Shown here one piece after another: positions 20,306 through 27,976 of a stretch of DNA of 28,753 bases. Below the pieces are notes generated by a model that saw only the letters and a list, made by a program, of their open reading frames with translations, had not been told where the DNA came from and searched no databases. The stretch is from Actinomycetota bacterium (lineage in GTDB: Bacteria; Actinomycetota; Actinomycetes; Nanopelagicales; Nanopelagicaceae). Made by a program: the position numbers and the translations under genes. How positions within the stretch are numbered: the first letter of the stretch is position 1; every line of letters starts with the position of its first letter. Location of the stretch: NCBI GenBank assembly GCA_010028225.1, contig RGOY01000001.1:1-28753 (forward strand). The letters run 5' to 3'.

Positions 20306-21445
20306 GTGGTGCTATGGGATGATGTGCATATGAAGAACTGGGCTGATGAGAAAGTCGCAGGGCTCTCGCAAAGCGAGGCGCTCGCACTCGTAGAACGAAT
20401 CGCCCGAATTGAATCGCCTACTGAAGACATTGATGGCTGCAACGCTGTCATCGCCGAGGCAAATGAAATTATTGCCGAACTACTCGGAAAACCAGGCGAG
20501 ATAAAAACAATCAAAGGTCATCCGACTCTTTCCTGGCAGCAAGGGAAACCACGAATTCTCTTGCTCTGTCACTTGGACACTGTCTGGCCAAAAGGATCCT
20601 TTCAACCACTCTGGTCAGTTGAAGGGGATGTGGTTCGCGCTCCTGGCATCTACGACATGAAGGCAGGATTCATTCAGGCAGTGATGGCAACTGCCGCGCT
20701 TGAGTCCCGAGAGGGAATACACATTCTTGCGACGACCGATGAAGAGAGTGGAAGTGCTGCCTCTCGAGAACTAATCGAGGCGAGCGCCAAAGAATGTGAA
20801 TATGTATTGGTCTTCGAATCTGCAATCAATGGAAAGGTGAAGACTGCTCGAAAAGGAACTTCGATGTATCACCTACACGTTGCAGGTCGCGCTTCGCATG
20901 CAGGACTTGAACCCGAGAAGGGCATCAATGCAATGGTGGCGCTGGCTTCACTCGTTGAGAAGATTCCGACTTTCGCTCGCAGTGAAGTTGGCACCTCTGT
21001 AGTTCCCACAACCTTTCATGCTGGAACGACGCTTAACACGGTTCCGGCAGAAGCTGAGTTGGCGATTGATGTACGTGCATTCTCACGCGAAGAACAAGTG
21101 AGGGTAGATACCGCCATAAAATCCTTGGCAGGAACTCTTCCTTCTGGTGCGGTCGTGACTGTGAAGGGCGAGATTAATCGCCCAGCGCTCGATCCCAAGA
21201 TGAGCAAAGAACTTTTTGCCGTTGCAACTGAGGCGGCGAAAGCAATAGGAATGGAAAAGCTCGAGGATGCAGCGGTCGGTGGCGCCAGTGACGGCAATTT
21301 CACAGCAGCGCTTGGAGTTCCGACTTTGGATGGCCTGGGAGCGGTCGGTGATGGAGCGCATGCAGCACATGAGCACATCAGCGCTACCGCTTTGATTGAA
21401 CGCTCAGCTTTGGTCGCCGAGATGTTAAGGCGCCTTTCCAAGTAG
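20306..21445 (+). CDS. M20 family metallopeptidase, glutamate carboxypeptidase-like (start may be ATG 20330)
   Basis: CHLDTVW, PGIYDMKAG, TDEESGS, FES, GRASHAG, GGASDGNF, AHAAHE. Confidence 0.92.
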   Translation: MVLWDDVHMKNWADEKVAGLSQSEALALVERIARIESPTEDIDGCNAVIAEANEIIAELLGKPGEIKTIKGHPTLSWQQGKPRILLLCHLDTVWPKGSFQPLWSVEGDVVRAPGIYDMKAGFIQAVMATAALESREGIHILATTDEESGSAASRELIEASAKECEYVLVFESAINGKVKTARKGTSMYHLHVAGRASHAGLEPEKGINAMVALASLVEKIPTFARSEVGTSVVPTTFHAGTTLNTVPAEAELAIDVRAFSREEQVRVDTAIKSLAGTLPSGAVVTVKGEINRPALDPKMSKELFAVATEAAKAIGMEKLEDAAVGGASDGNFTAALGVPTLDGLGAVGDGAHAAHEHISATALIERSALVAEMLRRLSK

Positions 21446-21448
21446 ACT
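21443..21448 (+). promoter_or_regulatory. Putative leaderless -10 (TAGACT) that includes the M20 gene stop codon
   Basis: TAGACT, 7 nt, then ATG 21456; no Shine-Dalgarno sequence. Confidence 0.6.
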
Positions 21449-21455
21449 CGCGAGA

Positions 21456-23105
21456 ATGTCCAATGGCCCGCTCATAGTTCAGAGCGATAAGACGCTTCTG
21501 CTCGATATCGATCATGCATCGTCAGATGATTGCCGTAAGGCGATTGCACCATTCGCAGAGCTAGAAAAATCTCCTGAACATATCCATACCTATCGACTCA
21601 CCTCTCTTGGTCTTTGGAATGCAAGAGCTGCTGGACATGATGCAGAGGGCGTCATCGATACCTTGCTCAAGTATTCGAGATACTCGGTCCCGCACTCACT
21701 CTTGATTGATATTGCCGAGACGATGGGGCGGTACGGACGCCTTCGACTCGAGTCGGATCCAGTTCACGGCCTGGTCTTGATAACAACAGATAGCGCAGTG
21801 CTCACCGAAGTCGCGCGTGCGAAGAAGGTCGCCCCGATGCTCGGAATGAGAATCGATAACGAAACTTTCGCAGTTCATCCATCACAACGCGGACATCTCA
21901 AACAGGCCCTGCTCAAACTTGGTTGGCCCGCAGAGGACTTTGCCGGTTATGTCGACGGTCAGAGCCATGAAATTGAACTTCGCCAAGAAGGCTGGTCACT
22001 TCGCGACTATCAACGGTTAGCAGCTGAAGGTTTCTGGCATGGTGGCTCGGGTGTGGTCGTCCTACCTTGCGGTGCTGGAAAGACGATCGTGGGAGCGGCT
22101 GCGATGGCCCATGCGAAAGCAACAACATTGATCTTGGTAACTAATACTGTTGCCGCTCGTCAATGGCGAGATGAGTTGATTGCTCGAACGTCGCTCACGG
22201 AAGAAGAGATAGGTGAATACTCCGGAGCAAAGAAGGAGATCCGCCCGGTCACAATCGCCACCTATCAAGTGATGACAACGCGAAAGAAGGGCGTTTACGC
22301 GCACCTTGATCTCTTTGATGCGCATGACTGGGGCTTAATCATCTACGACGAAGTTCATCTTCTCCCCGCACCAATCTTCAGATTCACTGCAGATATCCAA
22401 TCGAGAAGGCGCCTTGGTCTCACGGCGACTTTAGTGCGCGAGGATGGAATGGAAGGTGAAGTCTTTTCGCTGATTGGCCCAAAGAGATTCGATGTGCCTT
22501 GGAAAGAGATTGAGTCACAGGGTTATATCGCACCTGCCGATTGCGTTGAAGTTCGCGTGACACTGACTGATCATGAGCGTCTGAGTTATGCAACAGCAGA
22601 GCAAGAGGAGCGATATCGAGTCTGTTCCACCACAATGACGAAGAAGAATGTCGCAAAAGCGCTAGCCGAGCATCATAAGAACGATCGAGTCTTAGTTATC
22701 GGGCAATATATCGATCAGATTGATGAAATCGCAGCCGAACTTGGAGCTCCTGTAATCAAAGGTGATACGCCGATCAAAGAGCGTGAGCGGCTATATGGAG
22801 AATTTCGAAATGGGACGATCAAACTATTGGTCGTCTCGAAAGTAGCGAACTTCTCAATTGATTTACCTGAAGCATCGATTGCGATTCAGATTTCGGGAAC
22901 CTTCGGATCGAGGCAAGAAGAGGCTCAGCGACTTGGTCGAGTTCTGCGACCAAAATCAGATGGTCGCGGCGCTCGCTTCTATTCCTTAGTAGCTAGGGAC
23001 ACGCTCGATCAAGATTACGCACAGAATCGACAAAGATTCCTTGCAGAACAAGGGTATGCCTACCGAATCATCGATGCAGACGATGTATTCACTGGCAAGA
23101 TCTAA
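21456..23105 (+). CDS. xpb: DNA repair helicase XPB/ERCC3 (Rv0861c-like)
   Basis: N-terminal Helicase_C_3 (PLIVQSDKTLLL...EKSPEHIHTYRLT), LRDYQ, LPCGAGKT, YDEVH, GLTAT, QRLGRVLRP. Confidence 0.96.
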   Translation: MSNGPLIVQSDKTLLLDIDHASSDDCRKAIAPFAELEKSPEHIHTYRLTSLGLWNARAAGHDAEGVIDTLLKYSRYSVPHSLLIDIAETMGRYGRLRLESDPVHGLVLITTDSAVLTEVARAKKVAPMLGMRIDNETFAVHPSQRGHLKQALLKLGWPAEDFAGYVDGQSHEIELRQEGWSLRDYQRLAAEGFWHGGSGVVVLPCGAGKTIVGAAAMAHAKATTLILVTNTVAARQWRDELIARTSLTEEEIGEYSGAKKEIRPVTIATYQVMTTRKKGVYAHLDLFDAHDWGLIIYDEVHLLPAPIFRFTADIQSRRRLGLTATLVREDGMEGEVFSLIGPKRFDVPWKEIESQGYIAPADCVEVRVTLTDHERLSYATAEQEERYRVCSTTMTKKNVAKALAEHHKNDRVLVIGQYIDQIDEIAAELGAPVIKGDTPIKERERLYGEFRNGTIKLLVVSKVANFSIDLPEASIAIQISGTFGSRQEEAQRLGRVLRPKSDGRGARFYSLVARDTLDQDYAQNRQRFLAEQGYAYRIIDADDVFTGKI

Positions 23106-23107
23106 GT

Positions 23108-23344
23108 TCAAGCGAGAATTGCTCTTTTGAATCTCTCTCGCTCTACACGGCCATAGCCATGCATCTTCCCGTCGATGAGAATCACAGGGACCATCAATCC
23201 ATACTCTTCTTCAAGTTTTGAATCTCCATCAATCAGAGCCTCTTCGAGATTGAATTGAATCTCGCTCCTGATTGATTCCAACTCAGCGCGAGCGGATTCA
23301 CAGAGATGGCATCCGCGCCTTGAATAAATAATGACTTGCTTCAC
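23108..23344 (-). CDS. Glutaredoxin-like protein (DUF836/Rv0508-like), CHLC motif (start revised from 23377)
   Basis: IYSRRGCHLCE...EEEYGLMVPVILIDG; GTG 23344 gives 78 aa. Confidence 0.88.
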   Translation of the reverse strand: MKQVIIYSRRGCHLCESARAELESIRSEIQFNLEEALIDGDSKLEEEYGLMVPVILIDGKMHGYGRVERERFKRAILA

Positions 23345-23376
23345 AAATATCTTTCTACCTTCTAAGGAGTTTCCCA

Positions 23377-23382
23377 ATTTTA
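23377..23382 (-). promoter_or_regulatory. Putative -10 (TAAAAT) for the glutaredoxin gene
   Basis: TANNNT hexamer about 33 nt upstream of GTG 23344; AGAAGG in the leader. Confidence 0.35.
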
Positions 23383-23399
23383 TCTACCTGTGTGAAGGC

Positions 23400-23405
23400 T
23401 ACTCT
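23400..23405 (+). promoter_or_regulatory. Putative leaderless -10 (TACTCT) for the metalloprotease gene
   Basis: TACTCT, 6 nt, then ATG 23412. Confidence 0.6.
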
Positions 23406-23411
23406 TTCCCT

Positions 23412-25826
23412 ATGCAGAAGCAGGCGACCAAGCGCATTCTGCTGACACTGTGGATTCAAATCGCTGCACTGACAATCGCTCTCCTATCTCCTGCGACTTC
23501 TCAAGGAGTTTCGTTCAACTCAGCGCCGGCAACAGTATGGGGAACTCTCTACGCCGCTGAAGATTCGAACCGCACTTTCTTCGCAACTGAAGGTGATACC
23601 CCAGTAGCAACCACTCGCGCAGGGGATCTTGGATTGCCACGAGAACGACGAAGCACATTCGAAATCACATATAGCAACGTTCCTGAACGCGCGAAGGATG
23701 CAATCGATCTTGGCGTGCGTTCGTGGGAGGGCTACTTCGATTCGAAAGTTCCGATCAAGGTTCTTGCCTCATGGGATAGAACTGCTCCCTTTGGCGTACT
23801 TGGCACTGCGCGCCCTGGCAGATACTTCAACAATTTTCCTGGCGCACCCGATAAAGAACTCTGGTACGCCTCAGCGCTTGCTAATGCCATAGTCGGAAAG
23901 GATCTTGACCCAGCAAATCCTGAAATCATCATCAGGATCAGCGCTTTTCCATTCTGGTATTACGAAGTTGATGGGAAACCCGGATCGAGCCAATACGACT
24001 TGGTCTCAGTCGTCTTGCATGAGATGGGTCATGGACTTGGATTTCTCTCAAACTCTGAATATGTCGCCTATAACGGACTGGGACTTCTTCCACGTCCGAC
24101 TCCGTTTGATGCCTACGCTCAACTCCCAGATGAGCGAAGGCTTATCGACTTACCAGCACCATCGTTAGAAATTGGTACCGCATTCGTCAATCGACTCTAT
24201 TGGTCGGGAAAGAAAGGCATCGCCGCAAACGGAGGCGTCAAACCGATTCTTTATACACCCAAGAGCTACGAAGATGGATCATCAATCAGCCACCTCGACG
24301 AAGCGACTTTTTCACGGAGCGCAACTGATGCAACGATGACACCTAATCTTGAAGCGGGTGAAGTACTGAATGCTCCCGGCTCACTTGCAGAAGCGATGAT
24401 TGAAGATATGAAGGTCAAACCTCCGGCTGGTATCGCTTTCGGAATCCCTAACGAGCCGCGAAATGTCGAGGCGTTGATTGGCGATGGGCGCGCCATAGTG
24501 AAATTCGATCCGCCATCGAATGCCAGAAGTTCGCAGGTGAGTTCCTACACCATCACCAATATCCAAGATGGCAAGAAGGTAACGGTCACTGAGAGTCCTG
24601 CGATCATAAATGGTCTTCGAAATGGACGTGAATACTCCTTTGATGTCATCGCATCAAATACCAATGGCAACTCGCCGACCGCTCGTAGTAATGCAGTCAC
24701 CCCTGAAGCGGGATGGAAAGGAACGGTGATTGATCAAGGCGCAGATGCGAAGTACATAGCAAGCGCCACCTTCCAAGGAAAGACCATCATTGCCTATACC
24801 GACTCCACTAAGGGCGATATCAAGTTGGCGACAAGGGAGGGTAATCGTTGGTCAATCAAGACAATCGATGGAAATTCAACTCTCTCAGGCAAGACCTCAA
24901 ACGATGTGTCAGGTTATTTATCACTCTGTGTCAGCGGAAGTAAAACTCGCCAGCGACTTCACCTCTTCTTCACTGATCTCACCGATAAAGACCTTCGCTA
25001 TGGGGAATACGATGGCAAACGCTGGAAATTCGAAGTAGTCGATGGTGACGGACCCGAAGTGCAAAACTACGAAGAGAAAGTTCGAGTACGTACCGCTAGC
25101 GATGTGAGTGTCTCTAACGCATGTGCTGTCACATCTAAAGGGCTCCAAGTCTTTTATCGAGATGAGAGCCAAGGAATCCTTCTTGGCGCAGTAAGAAGTC
25201 AGAATCGCTGGTTCTACGAGATTGTCGATGGTGACAAGAAGACTGGTGGCCGAACGATTGGAGATGTTGGTTTCAGGTTACGTGCATTGACTCTTGGGGA
25301 GACGGTCTACCTTCTCTATGACTCGATACTGGTCGTTGATCAAAATCGCGATGCCACACAAGGCGAAGTGAGAATGGCTACGAGATCAACTATCTATCCT
25401 GAAGATTGGAGCTACAAGAATCTTGAGACAACTGGCGAGTTGGTGGCAGTCCCTGGGTATGACATCTCGATGAGCGCTAATTCGAAACAAGTCTTCGGTT
25501 CGTGGCTGTCATCGACTCCGATGACCAGACCAAAACCTGATCGAATAAAGTCGCGCTTGATCAGCGATATCGATGCACCGGTGGCCGGCTTTGCCGAGGA
25601 TCATGGTTCTTTGAGTGGTCCGCTTGCTGAAGACTTCACTGGCGCACTCTTTGGATGTGAAGGGCGAGTGTGCGCTATGACGAGGCAAAGTCAAGCCGTC
25701 GCTCTGATTGTTGACAAAGAAGTCTCACCAAAACAAATGGCGATATGGCTCAAGCTTGGGCGAGAGAGATTTGCAGTTATCGGTGTTGCGGGAAAGTTGA
25801 CGCTTTTCGCTCAACCTTCCCGCTAA
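23412..25826 (+). CDS. Secreted zinc metalloprotease with Fn3 domain and C-terminal beta-propeller-like repeats, 804 aa (start revised from 23331)
   Basis: Signal peptide MQKQATKRILL...SPATSQG; VVLHEMGHGLGF (24018-24032); GSSISHLDE; Fn3 at 24447-24704; repeated WxxxxhD(G) motifs. Confidence 0.85.
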   Translation: MQKQATKRILLTLWIQIAALTIALLSPATSQGVSFNSAPATVWGTLYAAEDSNRTFFATEGDTPVATTRAGDLGLPRERRSTFEITYSNVPERAKDAIDLGVRSWEGYFDSKVPIKVLASWDRTAPFGVLGTARPGRYFNNFPGAPDKELWYASALANAIVGKDLDPANPEIIIRISAFPFWYYEVDGKPGSSQYDLVSVVLHEMGHGLGFLSNSEYVAYNGLGLLPRPTPFDAYAQLPDERRLIDLPAPSLEIGTAFVNRLYWSGKKGIAANGGVKPILYTPKSYEDGSSISHLDEATFSRSATDATMTPNLEAGEVLNAPGSLAEAMIEDMKVKPPAGIAFGIPNEPRNVEALIGDGRAIVKFDPPSNARSSQVSSYTITNIQDGKKVTVTESPAIINGLRNGREYSFDVIASNTNGNSPTARSNAVTPEAGWKGTVIDQGADAKYIASATFQGKTIIAYTDSTKGDIKLATREGNRWSIKTIDGNSTLSGKTSNDVSGYLSLCVSGSKTRQRLHLFFTDLTDKDLRYGEYDGKRWKFEVVDGDGPEVQNYEEKVRVRTASDVSVSNACAVTSKGLQVFYRDESQGILLGAVRSQNRWFYEIVDGDKKTGGRTIGDVGFRLRALTLGETVYLLYDSILVVDQNRDATQGEVRMATRSTIYPEDWSYKNLETTGELVAVPGYDISMSANSKQVFGSWLSSTPMTRPKPDRIKSRLISDIDAPVAGFAEDHGSLSGPLAEDFTGALFGCEGRVCAMTRQSQAVALIVDKEVSPKQMAIWLKLGRERFAVIGVAGKLTLFAQPSR

Positions 25827-25835
25827 AAATGCCGG

Positions 25836-25934
25836 CTACTTCTTGTTACGGCGTTGGATACGGGTCTTCTTGAGCAACTTCTTATGTTTCTTCTTTGCCA
25901 TGCGCTTGCGGCGCTTCTTGACTACGGAACCCAT
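25836..25934 (-). CDS. 30S ribosomal protein bS22 (AURKAIP1/COX24 family, Rv0500B-like), 32 aa; not in ORF track
   Basis: MGSVVKKRRKRMAKKKHKKLLKKTRIQRRNKK*; Shine-Dalgarno GAAGGGA upstream. Confidence 0.95.
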   Translation of the reverse strand: MGSVVKKRRKRMAKKKHKKLLKKTRIQRRNKK

Positions 25935-25978
25935 GATCACATCCCTTCGAATCGAAACTCGTTTTTAAAAGCGTGACA

Positions 25979-27130
25979 CTACGAGAAAGATATCAACTGA
26001 GTCGCGCCTGACTTCACTTTCACTAAGGCGTGGTCTTCGAAGATGTCGATGATCGAAATCGCCGGGATAGATGCAGCACTCTTAATGCTGCCTTTCTTAT
26101 CGAATTGAAGGAAAAGTGCGTGGTTCGAATTGGCCCTAAATCCTGGCAAAGCCTTGATTCGAGCCTTAGTTATGACGCCCACTGCCCTCCCTTCAACTAG
26201 ACCCATGACTCCTGGAATGCGCGTACTCCACTCTGGTTTTCCTTGACTATCAAAATCTGTGATTGCGACTTCGCTCGTCTTGCCTCGAATAAGCGGCCCA
26301 ACTGCCAGATGAACAGGGCTCACATCACTCCACTCACGCTTTGCACCCGAAGCAAAACTCCTTACAGCTTTTACTGCTTTCCCAGTCTTATCCAAGTAGA
26401 GGATGACGCCATCACTGGCACCCTGACGCTTACTGCCGACCAGGTTCTCTTCACTTGATCCGTAAAGTGTCCGCAGGTTTGCAGCAGCGAAAATCGATGT
26501 ATTCATCTCACCAAATCTGCTGAGTTGAAAATCTTCTCCGCTGAGCGTTCTTCTGACCATAAATCCTTGATGGCCGCGATCAGATGCTATATCTCCGACG
26601 ATGACTATCTCCTCGCCAAAGAGATGGATGGAACGAGGCAATAGCGGCTTGTCACTATCAAAGAAACTCGTTCGAGTAATCTCACCTGAAGATGTGAACT
26701 CAACAAGAATTAGTCGAGTAAGCCCAACCTTTTTTTCTTCTTCACTGGCCACTGTTATTGAATCTGGGTTAATTGCGCCATCAGATTGTTCTCGCGAGGT
26801 CACAACAGAACTCTCAGAGATACCCACCGCGATGAAGGACGCGCCTGATGCCGAGGCAGATGTAGTGAGATCAGTAAAGAGAAGGCTGGTCGAGCTCTCT
26901 TGAACGACAACTCTTGCTCCGCTGACGCGATCTCGCACTTCAATGCCCTCACCTGCCAGTGCTATATGGGTTGAAGTGATTGCAAGTGATTGATATCCAG
27001 CACCAATCTCAGCGATTGGCGCGATTTTCTTTACAGTGAGAGAGGCCGATGCGCTACCAAGTAAAGATCCGAAGAGAAGTACGAAGAGAATGAGAGTTGA
27101 GATCTTCGAAAATGGGAATCTCTCCCTCAT
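25979..27130 (-). CDS. Secreted hypothetical protein, probable beta-propeller
   Basis: Signal peptide ending in ASA-S; five hydrophobic-strand-[D/T]xxG repeats; ATGA overlap with the proC stop. Confidence 0.75.
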   Translation of the reverse strand: MRERFPFSKISTLILFVLLFGSLLGSASASLTVKKIAPIAEIGAGYQSLAITSTHIALAGEGIEVRDRVSGARVVVQESSTSLLFTDLTTSASASGASFIAVGISESSVVTSREQSDGAINPDSITVASEEEKKVGLTRLILVEFTSSGEITRTSFFDSDKPLLPRSIHLFGEEIVIVGDIASDRGHQGFMVRRTLSGEDFQLSRFGEMNTSIFAAANLRTLYGSSEENLVGSKRQGASDGVILYLDKTGKAVKAVRSFASGAKREWSDVSPVHLAVGPLIRGKTSEVAITDFDSQGKPEWSTRIPGVMGLVEGRAVGVITKARIKALPGFRANSNHALFLQFDKKGSIKSAASIPAISIIDIFEDHALVKVKSGATQLISFS

Positions 27131-27945
27131 CCCAATTCAACCGACCGATCACGAGCTGCTCTCATGGCTTTGGAAATGGTCTCTCGAAAGCCCGCTTCAT
27201 CGAATACAGAGAGTGCTGCTGCTGTGGTTCCTTTTGGACTCGTTACATTCTCCCGAAGGGTTGCTGGAGATTTTCCTGACTGTTCGAGCATTGCCGCAGC
27301 ACCTTTGATGGTAGAGACTGCGAGCAAGGTCGCATCTGCTTCATTAAGGCCAAGTTTCATGCTCGCTTCAATCATCGACTCGACAAAAAGGAAGAAATAG
27401 GCAGGACCAGAACCACTCGTTGCTGTAACTGCGTCTTGTAACGCTTCATCAATCAAAAGTGTCGACCCAGAGGATTGAAAGAGCTCTTTTACAAGCGAGA
27501 GATGCTCCTCTCGTGCGAACTTTCCTGCAGAGATTGCAGAAATTCCTTCACCGATTAAGAGCGGAGTATTTGGCATCACTCGAATCACCGGGTTATCCGA
27601 CTTTAAGAGGCTCTCAACGAGGGCTGTCTTCTTACCCGCGGCAAGGGATACAACCAGGGCAGTGCGATTAAGGTCCTTGGCAAGAATCTCGACCACTGCT
27701 TCGAGATCTTGTGGCTTTGTTACAAGGAAGATCAGATCTGCACTGGCAACCTCAGGAAGGCTTGCTCGCGAGATTCCAAACTTCTCTTCAACCTCTTGAG
27801 CTCGATCATCTCTCTTCTCTACAAAGAAGATCGCATCTTTTCGAAACTTTGAGGCGATGAGGGTGGAGATGATTGCCTCGCCCATCACACCCGCGCCAAT
27901 GACCGCGACTTTTCTCACTTCATCGACGGTTAACTTGGTATTCAT
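27127..27945 (-). CDS. proC: Pyrroline-5-carboxylate reductase
   Basis: IGAGVMG, VTKPQ, SLAAG, RVMPNTP, TATSGSGPAYFF, VTSPKGTT. Confidence 0.97.
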   Translation of the reverse strand: MNTKLTVDEVRKVAVIGAGVMGEAIISTLIASKFRKDAIFFVEKRDDRAQEVEEKFGISRASLPEVASADLIFLVTKPQDLEAVVEILAKDLNRTALVVSLAAGKKTALVESLLKSDNPVIRVMPNTPLLIGEGISAISAGKFAREEHLSLVKELFQSSGSTLLIDEALQDAVTATSGSGPAYFFLFVESMIEASMKLGLNEADATLLAVSTIKGAAAMLEQSGKSPATLRENVTSPKGTTAAALSVFDEAGFRETISKAMRAARDRSVELG

Positions 27946-27950
27946 GGGTC

Positions 27951-27969
27951 GAGCCTATCCTTTAGGCTC
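27951..27969. promoter_or_regulatory. Back-to-back TAGGCT -10 boxes forming a perfect 7-bp inverted repeat
   Basis: GAGCCTA-TCCTT-TAGGCTC. The minus-strand box is 6 nt from proC ATG 27945; the plus-strand box is 8 nt from ATG 27977. Confidence 0.65.
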
Positions 27970-27976
27970 TACGACT

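Noticed and set aside
23331-23411. Earlier start for the metalloprotease
   Set aside because: It overlaps the glutaredoxin start and hides the signal peptide; ATG 23412 has an ideal leaderless -10.
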